The position numbers and the translations under genes were made by a program. Source: Chrysomallon squamiferum (Eukaryota > Animalia > Mollusca). From it: a stretch of 64,000 nucleotides of DNA. Under the pieces are notes generated by a model, which worked only from the letters and a program-made list of their open reading frames with translations, searched no databases and had not been told where the DNA came from. Where the stretch lies: positions 6,634,001-6,698,000 of the forward strand of contig CM022667.1 of the NCBI GenBank assembly GCA_012295275.1, in the 5' to 3' direction. Positions 25,001-37,800 of this stretch are shown here, piece by piece; the stretch's first letter is position 1; each line of letters begins with the position of its first letter.

Positions 25001-25177
25001 ATAATAAAAGTAAATTAATTACACTGTTTTTACCACTAATGTAACTTGACATGTTTTATTTATAAACAAAACTAAATAAAAATAATAATAAAAGTAAATC
25101 TTACCTCCCCATACTGCAGCTGATATATTATCAACAACAGAAAATATCATCAACAACGTCAACCACACAGACATCAT
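21343..25177 (-). CDS. Clip-like-domain serine protease homologue 3, ~373 aa; exons 25177-25105, 24206-24060, 23750-23537, 23232-23009, 22481-22335, 21965-21814, 21507-21343
   Basis: Open spliced frame (1122 nt), GT-AG introns, same phases as SPH1 and SPH2. Signal MMSVWLTLLMIFSVVDNISA. Cys module YCEFNNQKDTKHQTCYSGSVCPAGTTPHTWYNSPFMCPSGKVCC. Landmarks R|IGYG, PWQVSI, HLCGATLI, VTPICLP, CVMTGWG. Triad motifs TSAVC (H>V), NGVVVIQL (D>G), GDNGGP (S>N). Confidence 0.9.
24580..25100. repeat. ~85-90-bp AT-rich tandem repeat, about 6 copies, abutting the SPH3 exon 1 donor
   Basis: Unit ttaattacactgtttttaccactaatataacttgacat...aataataaaagtaaa repeats right up to the donor at 25104. Confidence 0.9.
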
Positions 25178-25300
25178 GGTCGTAACCTATGCAACGTTGA
25201 ACCAGTTCTGACTGAACCGTCAGGTTAAAAAAAAAAAAGATGTTTCGAAACACCACGATAAGATTTTAATCTTATTAATTTTCTCTTTTATTACGTCTCG

Positions 25301-25344
<44 letters not shown>

Positions 25345-25696
25345 AATTCCTCTTTAAAAATCTATTTTTACTCGACAGTTAAACATCCTGCGCTTTTATT
25401 TTTTATTATTTCTCAGTACTAGACTTAACTAAAGTTGTCAAACACAATTATACATACGTAAACAGACAAGAAAAGGGGGTGTTATAAGAGAAGTATCTAA
25501 CGGGTGTGTTTAATTAAACGACTTGACGTCATCTCAGTTGAAGTTTAGTAAGTAAAGAACAGTGAAGAACGCGTCAGTGTAAAACAAACAAAGACAGTTC
25601 ACTGAACGAAAACAAAAAGAGGTGGAAACGTTTTTTCTTTATGAAATTATTCATGCGTGAAAATTTTCTTCTTCTTTTTAATTATCCTAATTTATT

Positions 25697-25732
<36 letters not shown>

Positions 25733-26783
25733 AGGCTCATAAAAGTACCAGAAATATAATTTTATTTAATTCCTTGAAGAAAAAAAAATAGGGCATCATT
25801 ATAAATAGAAATAAATACATAAGTAAGTAAGTAAATGAGTGAAATGATAAATATTTTTCTCTTTTCTCTCTTTTTCTCACGATATCAGTAGAATTAGTTT
25901 CAACATGACGTTGCAAATGTTCATTTAGCTACAGATGTACAGACATATTGACAATGTCGAGTGTTTTACCAGCTTTGGTCAACTTTTTAATATCAAATAT
26001 TTGAACAGGCTTTCTTTGTCACTGAACTTTATTACTTAATTGATTCTGTTTGGCGAGTCCGCCTGCATTGTAAATATAAATATTAAAGTGCTGGAGATGA
26101 GGGGGGGTAATACTGTGAGAATTCTTTTTTCTTTACAAACTAAATGTTTCATGACACTAAAAAATACGTTCATCAGAACATAATAATAATAATAATAATT
26201 TCATAATAAACATCGATATATATGTAATTATTTCAAATTTACAACGTGCTCGTACACAAACACGTGCATGTTTTAAAAAATAAACTGTTAGAAAAGCTTA
26301 AATTAGCATATGCTAATGCACAGAGTTTTATATATACAAACATACGAACAGAAAGAAACACTAACACATTACACAGAGTCCAATATTGTATATACAAAAA
26401 CGTACTCCCGATCTTAATTGTATTCAGTTTATTTTATTTGTTTGATTGTTTATTTAAAGTTTTATTTTCAAATAATAAAATTGCTATTATTATCCTCATA
26501 TTCACTATAATCGTCATCATTATCATCAAACCATTATGAATTAGTTTGCGGAAAGTATACAACAACAGCAACAGCGCTTAATCAAACGGTGCTGGAGGCA
26601 TTTTGAAGGAGGAGGAAAACTCACAAAGAAGATATGTGTAACGACAGTCGGACTAATACCAAACATATCAACAATGATCAAATGAACCGATTTTAGTAAC
26701 AGCTAAACTCAAACTTACTAACCTGCGATATTTTAACATTCACTTAAACACCTTTTCTACCTTGCCGTATGTCGTTAAGAGTT

Positions 26784-26812
26784 ATCGTCATGGAAACCGT
26801 TAACATGGCGGC
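26784..26812 (+). promoter_or_regulatory. X-box (RFX)-like element (atcgtcatggaaac) and YY1-like aacatggcggc, ~100 nt upstream of the TSNAXIP1 ATG
   Basis: Matches the CATGGAAAC half of the RFX consensus GTTnCCATGGnAAC. TSNAXIP1 is a flagellar/ciliary gene, a class typically driven by RFX. Motif match only. Confidence 0.4.
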
Positions 26813-26893
26813 TGTTGTTACTGTTTGAGGTTGAGGAACGAGTTGGTTCAGGGATGTTTCAAAGGCTGACGATAGCGTGAGGACATTTTGAAC

Positions 26894-27287
26894 ATGAGTG
26901 AGACTAAAACAGCCCCGGGCAGACTCCCGCCCCTGTCAGGGTATTTATCTGTCTGAATGTTCACAGTGACGAGCACTGTTTTAATTAAAATAGTCTAACA
27001 TACTTCCTCGGTTAGCAAAACTATGTATTCATCGTATAATGACAATAACAGTCATTATAACGCGTTATTGTTGCCAGTAAATAATGATTTACCTTTATCG
27101 TTCCTGTATTCTATTGTTTAACATTCATATTGCTTTCTGTAGATATCAATAATAAACTATAAATAAAATTACATTTCTTATTTCAATTTTCTTTTAAAGA
27201 AACGTAAACAATATATTTACGTGCGATTACAGCTTATAATATATTTATTATAATAAAAAATAATTTAAAATATAATAATAATAAAAA

Positions 27288-27326
<39 letters not shown>

Positions 27327-28836
27327 GAAAGTATTTTTGAGATTCTTTGTATATAAATTGCTTACTGAGCCAGTTTTAGTTGTGTATTTTCACAAAGACT
27401 AACGTAGTTGATGTATTCACAGAGGCAGTAGCATAGTTGCTGTTGCACCACAAATGACACCACAGACAGATGTGATTGTAGGAACGTCGTACAAACTCGA
27501 CAACCGACACTACCCCCTCCCACACCCTAGATCTCTCAAAGTGAGACTTTTTACATTTTATTTATTCATGTTTTAACCGACTGTTTGTAGAAGCTGCATT
27601 GTTAATTACTGTATTCATATTTGTTTCAGTTTATATGTTTTCCAGTGTTTATGTGTGTGTTAATAACATTTAGTTACAACTATAGTCTGATGTTTTGTAA
27701 TGTATATCTCCTATGTGTGGGTGTGGGTATGTTTAGTATATTTCCTGTGTGTGGGTGTGGGTGTGTTTGTATATCTCCTACATGTGTTTATTTAAATATC
27801 AGTTTATTCTTACATTTTAAACATTAATAACAATGAGAGAAACTCAGTTTATAAAACAGAAACTTAATAATTAATTTTTGAATAAATTTATTATAATTAC
27901 ATTTCATTATTTCTATTTATTTATTTTTGTTGTCGGTGTAATACATCTGTACACACTGTAAACAAAATGTCTGGTAAGAAAATTCAGATTTATAGTTGTA
28001 AAGCTACTAATAAGACAGGTTTTCATGTGAGTGACTCTGGTTTATTTCAGCCTATGTTAGTAAGACAGGTTTTCATGTGAGAGGTTCTGGTCTATTTCAG
28101 CCTGTGTTAGTAAGACAGGTTTTCACTCTGGTGTATTTCAGCCTGTGTTAGTAAGACAGGTTTTCATGTGAGAGATTCTGGTCTATTTCAGCCTATGTTA
28201 GTAAGACAGGTTTTCATGTGAGAGGTTCTGGTGTATTTCAGCCTGTGTTAGTAAGACAGGTTTTCACTCTGGTGTATTTCAGCCTGTGTTAGTAAGACAG
28301 GTTTTCACTCTGGTGTATTTCAGCCTGTGTTAGTAAGACAGGTTTTCACTCTGGTGTATTTCAGCCTGTGTTAGTAAGACAGGTTTTCACTCTGGTGTAT
28401 TTCAGCTCTGTGTTAGTAAGACAGGTTTTCACTCTGGTGTATTTCAGCCTGTGTTAGTAAGACAAGTTTTCACTCTGGTGTATTTCAAACCTGTGTTAGT
28501 AAGACAGGTTTTCACTCTGGTGTATTTCAGCCTCTCTCATGGATCTCTCTCTCTGGACAGGTGGACATCTGGCCATCCCTCTCCAGTGGTCAGGAGGTGC
28601 CCACCATATGGCAATGCTGACGAATGTATATAATATTTTGTGTTTGTTTAAATGTAAATATGTGTGTATGTACCGCAGCTGATCCTCTGTGTTCTCATTC
28701 CTCGTAGCAGCTGGAGACTTTTCATAAAGAAAGAAAACTATTTATCAGAACGTTTAACTGAGTCAAACCCAGTGAGCTGAGACTGCAGGTAAACATTTAA
28801 AACAATGGAGATAATTGTATTGTAAGTCTCTCTTTA

Positions 28837-28890
<54 letters not shown>

Positions 28891-31800
28891 ATCTCTCTCT
28901 CTGTTCTCTTGCTCTCTTCTGTGAGGGTGTTTGTTCATGTATATGTCTCTCTCTCTCTTGAATGTATATAATATTTTGTGTTATGTTTAAATGTAAATAT
29001 GTGTGTATGTATGTGGCTACCTCTCTCTGTGTTCACATTCACTCAGTAGTGAAACACACACAAATCATAAACCTGAGCAAAACTATTTATCAGTAATTTT
29101 AACTGAGTGAAGAACAGTTGAATTATATCTTCAGATAAACATTTAAATCAGTGTGGATTACTGTATTGTAAGTCTGAGTTTATCTGAGTGCTGTTGTACT
29201 TGCAGGCCTACAGCAGGTGTTTGAGTATCTGTGTGTCTATCTGAGTGCTGTTGTACTTGCTGTTGTACAGAGAGGTGTTTGAGTATCTGTGTGTCTATCT
29301 GAGTGCTGTTGTACAGAGAGGTGTTTGAGTATCTGTGTGTTTATCTGAGTGCTGTTGTACTTGCTGTTGTACAGAGAGGTGTTTGAGTATCTGTGTGTCT
29401 ATCTGAGTGCTGTTGTACTTGCAGGCATACAGAGAGGTGTTTGAGTATCTGTGTGTCTATCTGACTGCTGTTGTACTTGCAGGCATACAGAGAGGTGTTT
29501 GAGTATCTGTGTGTTTATCTGAGTGCTGTTGTACTTGCTGTTGTACAGAGAGGTGTTTGAGTATCTATGAGTCTATCTGAGTGCTGTTGTACTTGCAGGC
29601 GTACAGAGAGGTGTTTGAGTATCTGTGAGTTTATCTGAGTGCTGTTGTACTTGCTGGCATACAGAGAGGTGTTTGAGTATCTATGAGTTTATCTGAGTGC
29701 TGTTGTACTTGCAGGCATACAGAGAGGTGTTTGAGTATCTGTGAGTTTATCTGAGTGCTGTTGTACTTGCAGGCATACAGAGAGGTGTTTGAGTATATGA
29801 TAAACAACTTCAAGACGTACAGGTCTCTGCTTGCTGCTGTTAAAAACGAGTATGAGATGATGCTGGCCTACCAAAGACAACAGATCCGCGAGCTCGAACC
29901 TCTGAGAGTGAGTACAAATTATATCAGTAACTGTTCAGTGGTGTATCATCGATACCTTTCCTAATTTCCTTTTTAAAATAGAGTATTACCTGTAATCACT
30001 GTATTTAATAAATTATTTAGTAATACTTGTAGGGTGAGGATATTGTAGTTTTAATTTATATCTTTAATAAATTTTGTTGTAAACAGTTTAATTTAATATA
30101 CTTCTATTTATCACATTTACTGTAGTACCTTTTCAGTATGAAGCAGTACTTTATATATATATTGTTTTTCCTATTTTAAAATATTGTATTTTTATTTCTT
30201 TATATATAATATATGTAGAATACAATTTAATTACAAATATATTAAATGTGTATTTGTTAATTTAGTAGTATGCTGTAGTACATGATTTAATATTTATGTC
30301 ATATAGTTAACTACATTGTACTATATAATTTAATTTACTGTCTATTAATAGTGTTTACTTTAATTAAAAATATAATACATTTTAGCACACTTTAGATATT
30401 CATAAACAGACTATAAAACAATTTAATGTATAAAGAAAATTTTAGTCATAGTCTGGATAGGCTGCTAATTTAAGATTTACATCTAAAATTCTTATCAATA
30501 ACTTTATGAATCTTATGATCCATATGTATATATATATATTACAGTAATAAATTAGACAAAAGTTGTATTTATTTATGTATTTGTTTATTTATTTTTAGCA
30601 AATGTTGGTAACAGTATCAGAACAGTGTGATCAGAAAATCATGTCTTTGAGAGATGAAGAAAAAAGAGGTAAAAACATCGTGTCTGTGTGTCTGTGAATC
30701 TGTGTGTCTGTGTGTGTGTGTGTGTGTGTCTATATATGTATTTGTATTAAATCATTAAATTTACAGTGTAAAATTATAAATATAAACATAAGCTGATTAA
30801 TTTTGTTTAATTAATAGATGAAATGTAGATTTGAAGAAGAATGACAAAGTCAGTTTTGAAATGTGACGCTGACTTTCTGTGAACAGTTTGTAAATTCTCT
30901 GTTTGTAGAAATAATTGACCTGAAGTCTGCGCTGAAGAGACAGGGGATGGAGATTTCAGCGATGAAGAACGAGAAGCTCGACTTGCAGAAGCAGGTTGAG
31001 AAGTTGCAGGAGGAGCTGCAAGACGTGTACCACAAGTACCGCGACGAGTGTGACGCGCGCAAACTCCTCATCGCAGACATCAACGACCTGCGCTACCAGC
31101 ACGAGGACTACCTCATGTCCAAGCAGAACCAGCAGGACACTCAGTCGTCCGCCGATGACCCGGTCATTCTGAAAACTGCCCTCAAGTACGGAGCTTTGCT
31201 CACTTCAGTGCGTGTGAAAGTCAGTTAAAGTGTGTGTGTTCTGTGTTCAGTGTGTGTGAAGTCAGTTAAAGTGTGTGTGGAAGTCAGTTAAAGTGTGTGT
31301 GTACTGTGTGTGTGCTGTGTGTACTGTTTACCCCTCAAGTACACAGTGCTGTGTTCAGTGTGTGTGAAAGTCAGTTAAAGTGTGTGTGCTGTGTGTACTG
31401 TGTGTTTACCCCTCAAGTACACAGTGCTGTGTTCAGTGTGTGTGAAAGTCAGTTAAAGTGTGTGTGTACTGTGTGTGTGCTGTGTGTACTGTGTGTTTAC
31501 CCCTCAAGTATGCAGTGCTGTGTTCAGTGTGTGTGAAAGTCAGTTAAAGTGTGTGTGAAAGTCAGTTAAAGTGTGTGTGAAAGTCAGTTAAAGTGTGTGT
31601 GTACTGTGTGTTTACCCCTCAAGTATGCAGTGCTGTGTTCAGTGTGTGTGAAAGTCAGTTAAAGTGTGTGTGAAAGTCAGTTAAAGTGTGTGTGTACTGT
31701 GTGTTTACCCCTCAAGTATGCAGTGCTGTGTTCAGTGTGTGTGAAAGTCAGTTAAAGTGTGTGTGTTTGTTTACTGAGATTGGAAGACAAATCTCTTTGT

Positions 31801-34800
31801 TGTTGTTGAAGCTGAAATGATCAGTTTGAAATGTTTAACTTCCAGAATAAGTTATGAGATCAGTTCAACTTGTTAGTGTGTCTGTTGTGAGGAACAAAAG
31901 TATGTAGATAACATTTTTTAAATTTTTGTATGACAGGTTTTGTTGTTTTTTTCATATTATTTTTTAATTTTCCTTTTTTTTTTCACTTTGTTACAAAGCT
32001 TTTTTCTTTTTATTTATTTGTTTATTTGTTTCTTTATTTCATTATTTCTTTGTTTATTTATTTCTTTGTTATTCATTTTGTAAAATAAACAAATAAAACC
32101 TTTACATATATTTGTATTATTGTTTATGTGTTTTAATCCCACTGTGTGTGTGTAGATATATTTATAATATTGTTGTGTGTGTGTAGATATATTTTGATAT
32201 GTTGTGTGTATGTAGATATATTTGTTGTGTGTAGATATATTTGTTGTGTGTATGTAGATATATTTGTTGTGTGTATGTAGATATATATGCTGTGTGTATG
32301 TAGATGTGTTTGCTGTGTGTATGTAGATATATTTGTTGTGTATGTAGATATATTTGTTGTGTGTATGTAGATATATTTTAATATGCTGTGTGTATGTAGA
32401 TGTATTTGCTGTGTGTATGTATATATATTTATAATACTGCTGTGTGTATGTAGATGTATTTGCTGTGTGTATGTATATATATTTATAATACTGCTGTGTG
32501 TATGTAGATATATTTATAATACTGTTGTGTATGTAGATGTTTTTACTGTGTGTGTGTATATATATTTTTTAATACTGTTGTGTATGTAGATGTGTTTGTT
32601 GTGTGTATGTATATATATTTATAATACTGTTGTGTGTATGTAGATATATTTATAATACTGTTGTGTGTATGTAGATATATTTTAATATGTTGTGTGTATG
32701 TAGATATATTTTAATATGTTGTGTGTATGTAGATATATTTTAATATGTTGTGTGTGTGTAGATATATTTTAATTGTTGTGTATGTAGATATATTTTAATA
32801 TGTTGTGTGTATGTAGATATATTTATAATACTGTTGTGTGTATGTAGCTATATTTTAATATGTTGTGTGTATGTAGATATATTTTAATATGTTGTGTGTA
32901 TGTAGATATATTTATAATACTGTTGTGTGTATGTAGCTATATTTTAATATGTTGTGTGTATGTAGATATATTTATAATACTGCTGTGTGTATGTAGATAT
33001 ATTTTAATATGTTGTGTGTATGTAGATATATTTTAATATGTTGTGTGTATGTAGATATATTTTTAATACTGCTGTGTGTATGTGTATATATTTTAATATG
33101 TTGTGTGTATGTAGATATATTTATAATACTGTGTGTGTTTTATATTTATAATGTGTTGTGTGTGTGTATGTATTTTAATACTGCTGTGTGTATGTAGATA
33201 TATTTATGTGTTTTATTACTGCTGTTTTTTAATATGTTGGGTGTATGTGTTTTATAATACTGCTGTGTGTGTATGTAGTATATTTTTTATTACTGCTGTG
33301 TGTGTATGTATGTTGTGTGTATTTATTTATAATACTGCTGTGTGTATGTAGATGTATTTTATTATGTTGTGTGTATGTAGATATGTTTTATTACTGCTGT
33401 GTGTATGTAGATGTGTTTTAATATGCTGTGTGTGTGTATGTGTATATTTTAATATGTTTTGTGTATTACTGATTTTAATATGTTTGTGTATGTGTTTTTA
33501 TTACTGCTGTGTGTATGTAGATGTGTTTTATTACTGATGTGTGTATGTGTGTATGTTTTTTAATATGTTGTGATGTGATATATTTTAGTATGTGTTTTAT
33601 TACTGATGTGTTTTAATTTGTTTGTGTGTTTTTTATTACTGCTGTGTGTATTGTGTATGTGTTTTAATATGCTGTGTGTATTGTGTATGTATATTAATCC
33701 CGTTGTGTGTAATTCAGAAAAGCCAGGGAGGATGAGAAGGCAGCGACGCAGAGACTGAATGAGATGATCGCCAACTACGGCGACGTCATTCCTCGCAGAG
33801 ACTTTGAAGCACTGGAAACAAAGTGCAAGGTAAGTGCTGCTCTGTTTTCATCTTTTTACTGTGCTTGTTGTCCCAGTGAAATGTGAGAGTATCACAGACT
33901 AGGATTAGTCAAATAGATTCTGAGTTTGGTGTCTGTGTTAGTAAACTGAGTAAATAACACAGATTGTATCAGCAAGATGTTTGAGAAACTCGCTGATTGA
34001 ATGTCTGGTCATGTATTTTTAAACTATGTTGTTTATGTAGATGTTATTTAATTTTTGCAGCAACTGGAAGAGAAGTTTGAACTGGTAGAAGGAGATTTCA
34101 AGAAATTGCATGCTGAACATGAGTATGTACATTATTTTTGCAACATTCTGTGATTTTAATCTGTCACACAAAAACTTGTAACTTATCCTTCTTTCATTCT
34201 TCATCGCAGAATTTCATTGGCTGCTTTCTTTGAAACTGACTTCAGGAGAATTTAATTTTATTTTTATTTTTATTTTATTTTTGTCAGTATTTTAGTACTG
34301 TTTTGTCATCAGTGTTAAGTTAACATAACATAAATGATGAAGTCATTAGTTAATACTGTTTGTTGTTTGCCCATGCTAAGCGTACATGAACGTGTATGTT
34401 TCAGGGCTCTGCTGGATGTGAACAGACAAGTGACAGAACAGAGAGACGAGTTTTACGTGGAGCTAGAAACCCTCAAACGTACCTCAACACCCAGGTAACA
34501 ACAACTACAACAACAGCAACAACTAGTTTAAATAACAACAACTACAACTACAACAACAGTAACAACTAACTTAAATAACAACAACAATAACAAATAACAA
34601 ACAACAATAACTAACAAAGTAACAACAACTAATAACAACAACAACAACAACAGTAACAACTAAAATAACAACTAACAACTAGCTTAAATAACAACAACTA
34701 CAACAACAGTAACAACTAGCTTAAATAACAACTAAACTACAACAACAGTAACAACTTTAAATAACAACAACAACAACAACAATAACTACAACAACAGTTA

Positions 34801-37800
34801 ACAACAACAACAAAACAACAACAACAAAACAACAGTAACAACTAACTAACAACAACAACAACAACAACAACAAACAACTAGCTTTAAATAACAACAACAA
34901 CAACAACAACAACAACAAAACAACAAGGAATAAAACAACAACTACAAAAAAACAACTTAAAACTAACAACAAATAACAACAACAACTAGCTTAAATAAAC
35001 AACAAACAACAACAAACAACTAGCAAATAACAACAACAACAACAGTAACAACAGTAACAACTAGCTTAAATAACAACAACAACAACAACAACAACTAAAC
35101 TTAAACAACAAACAACAAAATAACAACAACTACAACTACAACAACTAACTAGCTTAAATAACAACAACTACAACAACAGTAACAACTAACAACTAGCTTA
35201 AATAAATAACAACAACTACAAAATAACAACAACAACAACAACAACAACAGTAACAACTAAAAATAACAACAACTACAACAACATTAACAACTAAAATTAA
35301 AACAACAACACAACAACAGTAACAACTAGCTTAAATAACAACAACAACAAAACAAATAACAGTAACAACTAGCTTTAAATAACAACAACAACAACACAAG
35401 TAACAAAACAACAACAACAACAACAACAAAAACAACTACTAGCTTAAATAACAACAACAACAACAGTACAACAACAGTAACAACTAACAAATAACAACAA
35501 CAACAACAACAACAAAATAACAACAACTACAACAACAGTAACAACTAACTTAAATAACAACAACAACAACAACAAACAACTACAACAAATAACAACTAAC
35601 AAATAACAACAACTAACAACTAACTTAAATAACAACAACAACAACTAAATAACAACAACAACAACAACACAACTAACTTAAATAACAACAACAACAACAA
35701 CAACAATAACAACTAACAAATAACAACTACAAAACAACAACAAACAACAACAACAACAACAGTAACAACTAAACTTAAATAACAACACAAAACAACAAAT
35801 AACAACAACTTAAATAACAACAAATAACAACAAACTAACAACAAACTAACAAAACAACAACAACAACAACAACAACAACTAGCTTAAATAACAACTACAA
35901 CAACAACAACTAAAAATAACAACAAAAACAACAACAACAACAAACAACTAACTTAAATAACAACAAACAACTAGCAACTAGCTTAATAAAACAACAACAA
36001 CAACAATAAACAACAACAACAACTAGCTTATAATAACAATAACAACAATAACAGTAACAACAATGATATATTTGTATTGTTAAAAAGATAAAAATAACAC
36101 TTGTATTTAAATGATATATTTGTATTGTTAAAAGAGATTAAAAAAGCACTTGTATTTAAATGATATATTTGTATTTAAATGACATATTTGTATTGTTAAA
36201 AGAGATTTTAAAAAAACACTTGTATTTAAATGATATATTTGTATTTAAATGACATATTTGTGTTTAAATGACATATTTGTATTGTTAAAAAAGATTAAAA
36301 AACACTTGTATTTAAATATTTGTATTGTTAAAAAAAGATAAAAGCACTTGTATTTAAAAGACATGTTTGTATTTAAATATTTGTACTGTTAAAGACCGGA
36401 CTGGGACAAGTGTGCTGATTACGTCAGTGGGGGGATGGCGCACTGGAGGGAGGTGTCACAGAACAAGAGCAGTAACGAACTCGTTGATGTTCTCCTCACA
36501 GAGATGGGAACTGGGGGCATTGTCGACTCAGGCGGAGCAGACTATTTTGACGCACTGGTAAATTACGTTTTTAAAATTTTACTTTTCTAATGTTATTTAT
36601 CTTACGTTCAGTGATAAATTCAGTCCAGATTTCATGTTTTCTGTAGATAAAGTTTCAGTTTATAATTATGGAATTAGAATCATAGTTCATTCGTCTGTTT
36701 GTCTGTAGGTTATAAGATATTTGTTTTGTCTGTACGTTTAATATGTTTGTGCAATGTTTGGATAGTTACATACACCAGTTATGTGTTAGATAAAAACAAG
36801 TAATATTTTGGTACTGTTCAGGGTACAGGTGATGACGTACCTGTCTACCTGAGATACGAAGGACAGGTGAGAAACAGGAGACTGGGAAAACGAGACTGTG
36901 CTCTTCTCATCAAAGACATCTGGAGGGAAAAAGTGGCCCACGATGCACAGGTAAGTCATGTGACTTCTTACTGAAATGATATTAACAACAACAACAACAA
37001 CAGTGATGATGATGACGGTAATGATAGCAATGAAGATGATTATGTTAATTCTGCAGGTTAGAAATCACTGAACATATTTTATGACAGTGTTAAATAAAAT
37101 CATGCATGAGAAGTTTTGAGGGGAGTGAAAAGGTTGTTATTGTTCATCTTTAGGAGACTTTTTTTGTTGTTGTTTTTTTGTTTTTGTTTTTAATGAAATC
37201 AGATTTCCCACATAATTCCTGTGATGCCAGAAGAAACCACCTGCAGTTATTCACTTCATTAAAGATAAATTTGTTTCTAGGTGTAACTTCTTTTCTAAAT
37301 AAACTAAATATTAACTTTGGTCTGTGTATGTTTGTATGTGTGTAATATTATAATATGTCTATCTGTGTTTGTTTCTGTGTGTATAAAAGTGTGACTGTGA
37401 CTGTTAGTGTATAAAAGTGTGACTGTGACTGTTAGTGTATAAAAGTGTGACTGTTAGTTTATAAAAGTGTGATTGTGACTGTTAGTGTATAAAAGTGTGA
37501 CTGTTAGTTTATAAAAGTGTGATTGTGACTGTTAGTGTATAAAAGTGTGACTGTTAGTGTATAAAAGTGTGACTGTTAGTGTATAAAAGTGTGACTGTTA
37601 GTGTATAAAAGTGTGACTGTTAGTGTATAAAAGTGTGACTGTTAGTGACTGTTAGTGTATAAACTGAGTTTTTGTGACACAGAAGACAGACGGGGTTCGA
37701 GAGAAGATGGCTGACTTTCTGCACCTGTACCTGAAGCGGAGGTTTGCGCTGGATCAGATGGTTGTCGAGTGGGGCTACAACCTGGACGACGCCTGCAAGC

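Noticed and set aside
25307-25730. Two long poly(A) tracts as retrocopy tails
   Set aside because: No recognisable upstream element or target-site duplication.
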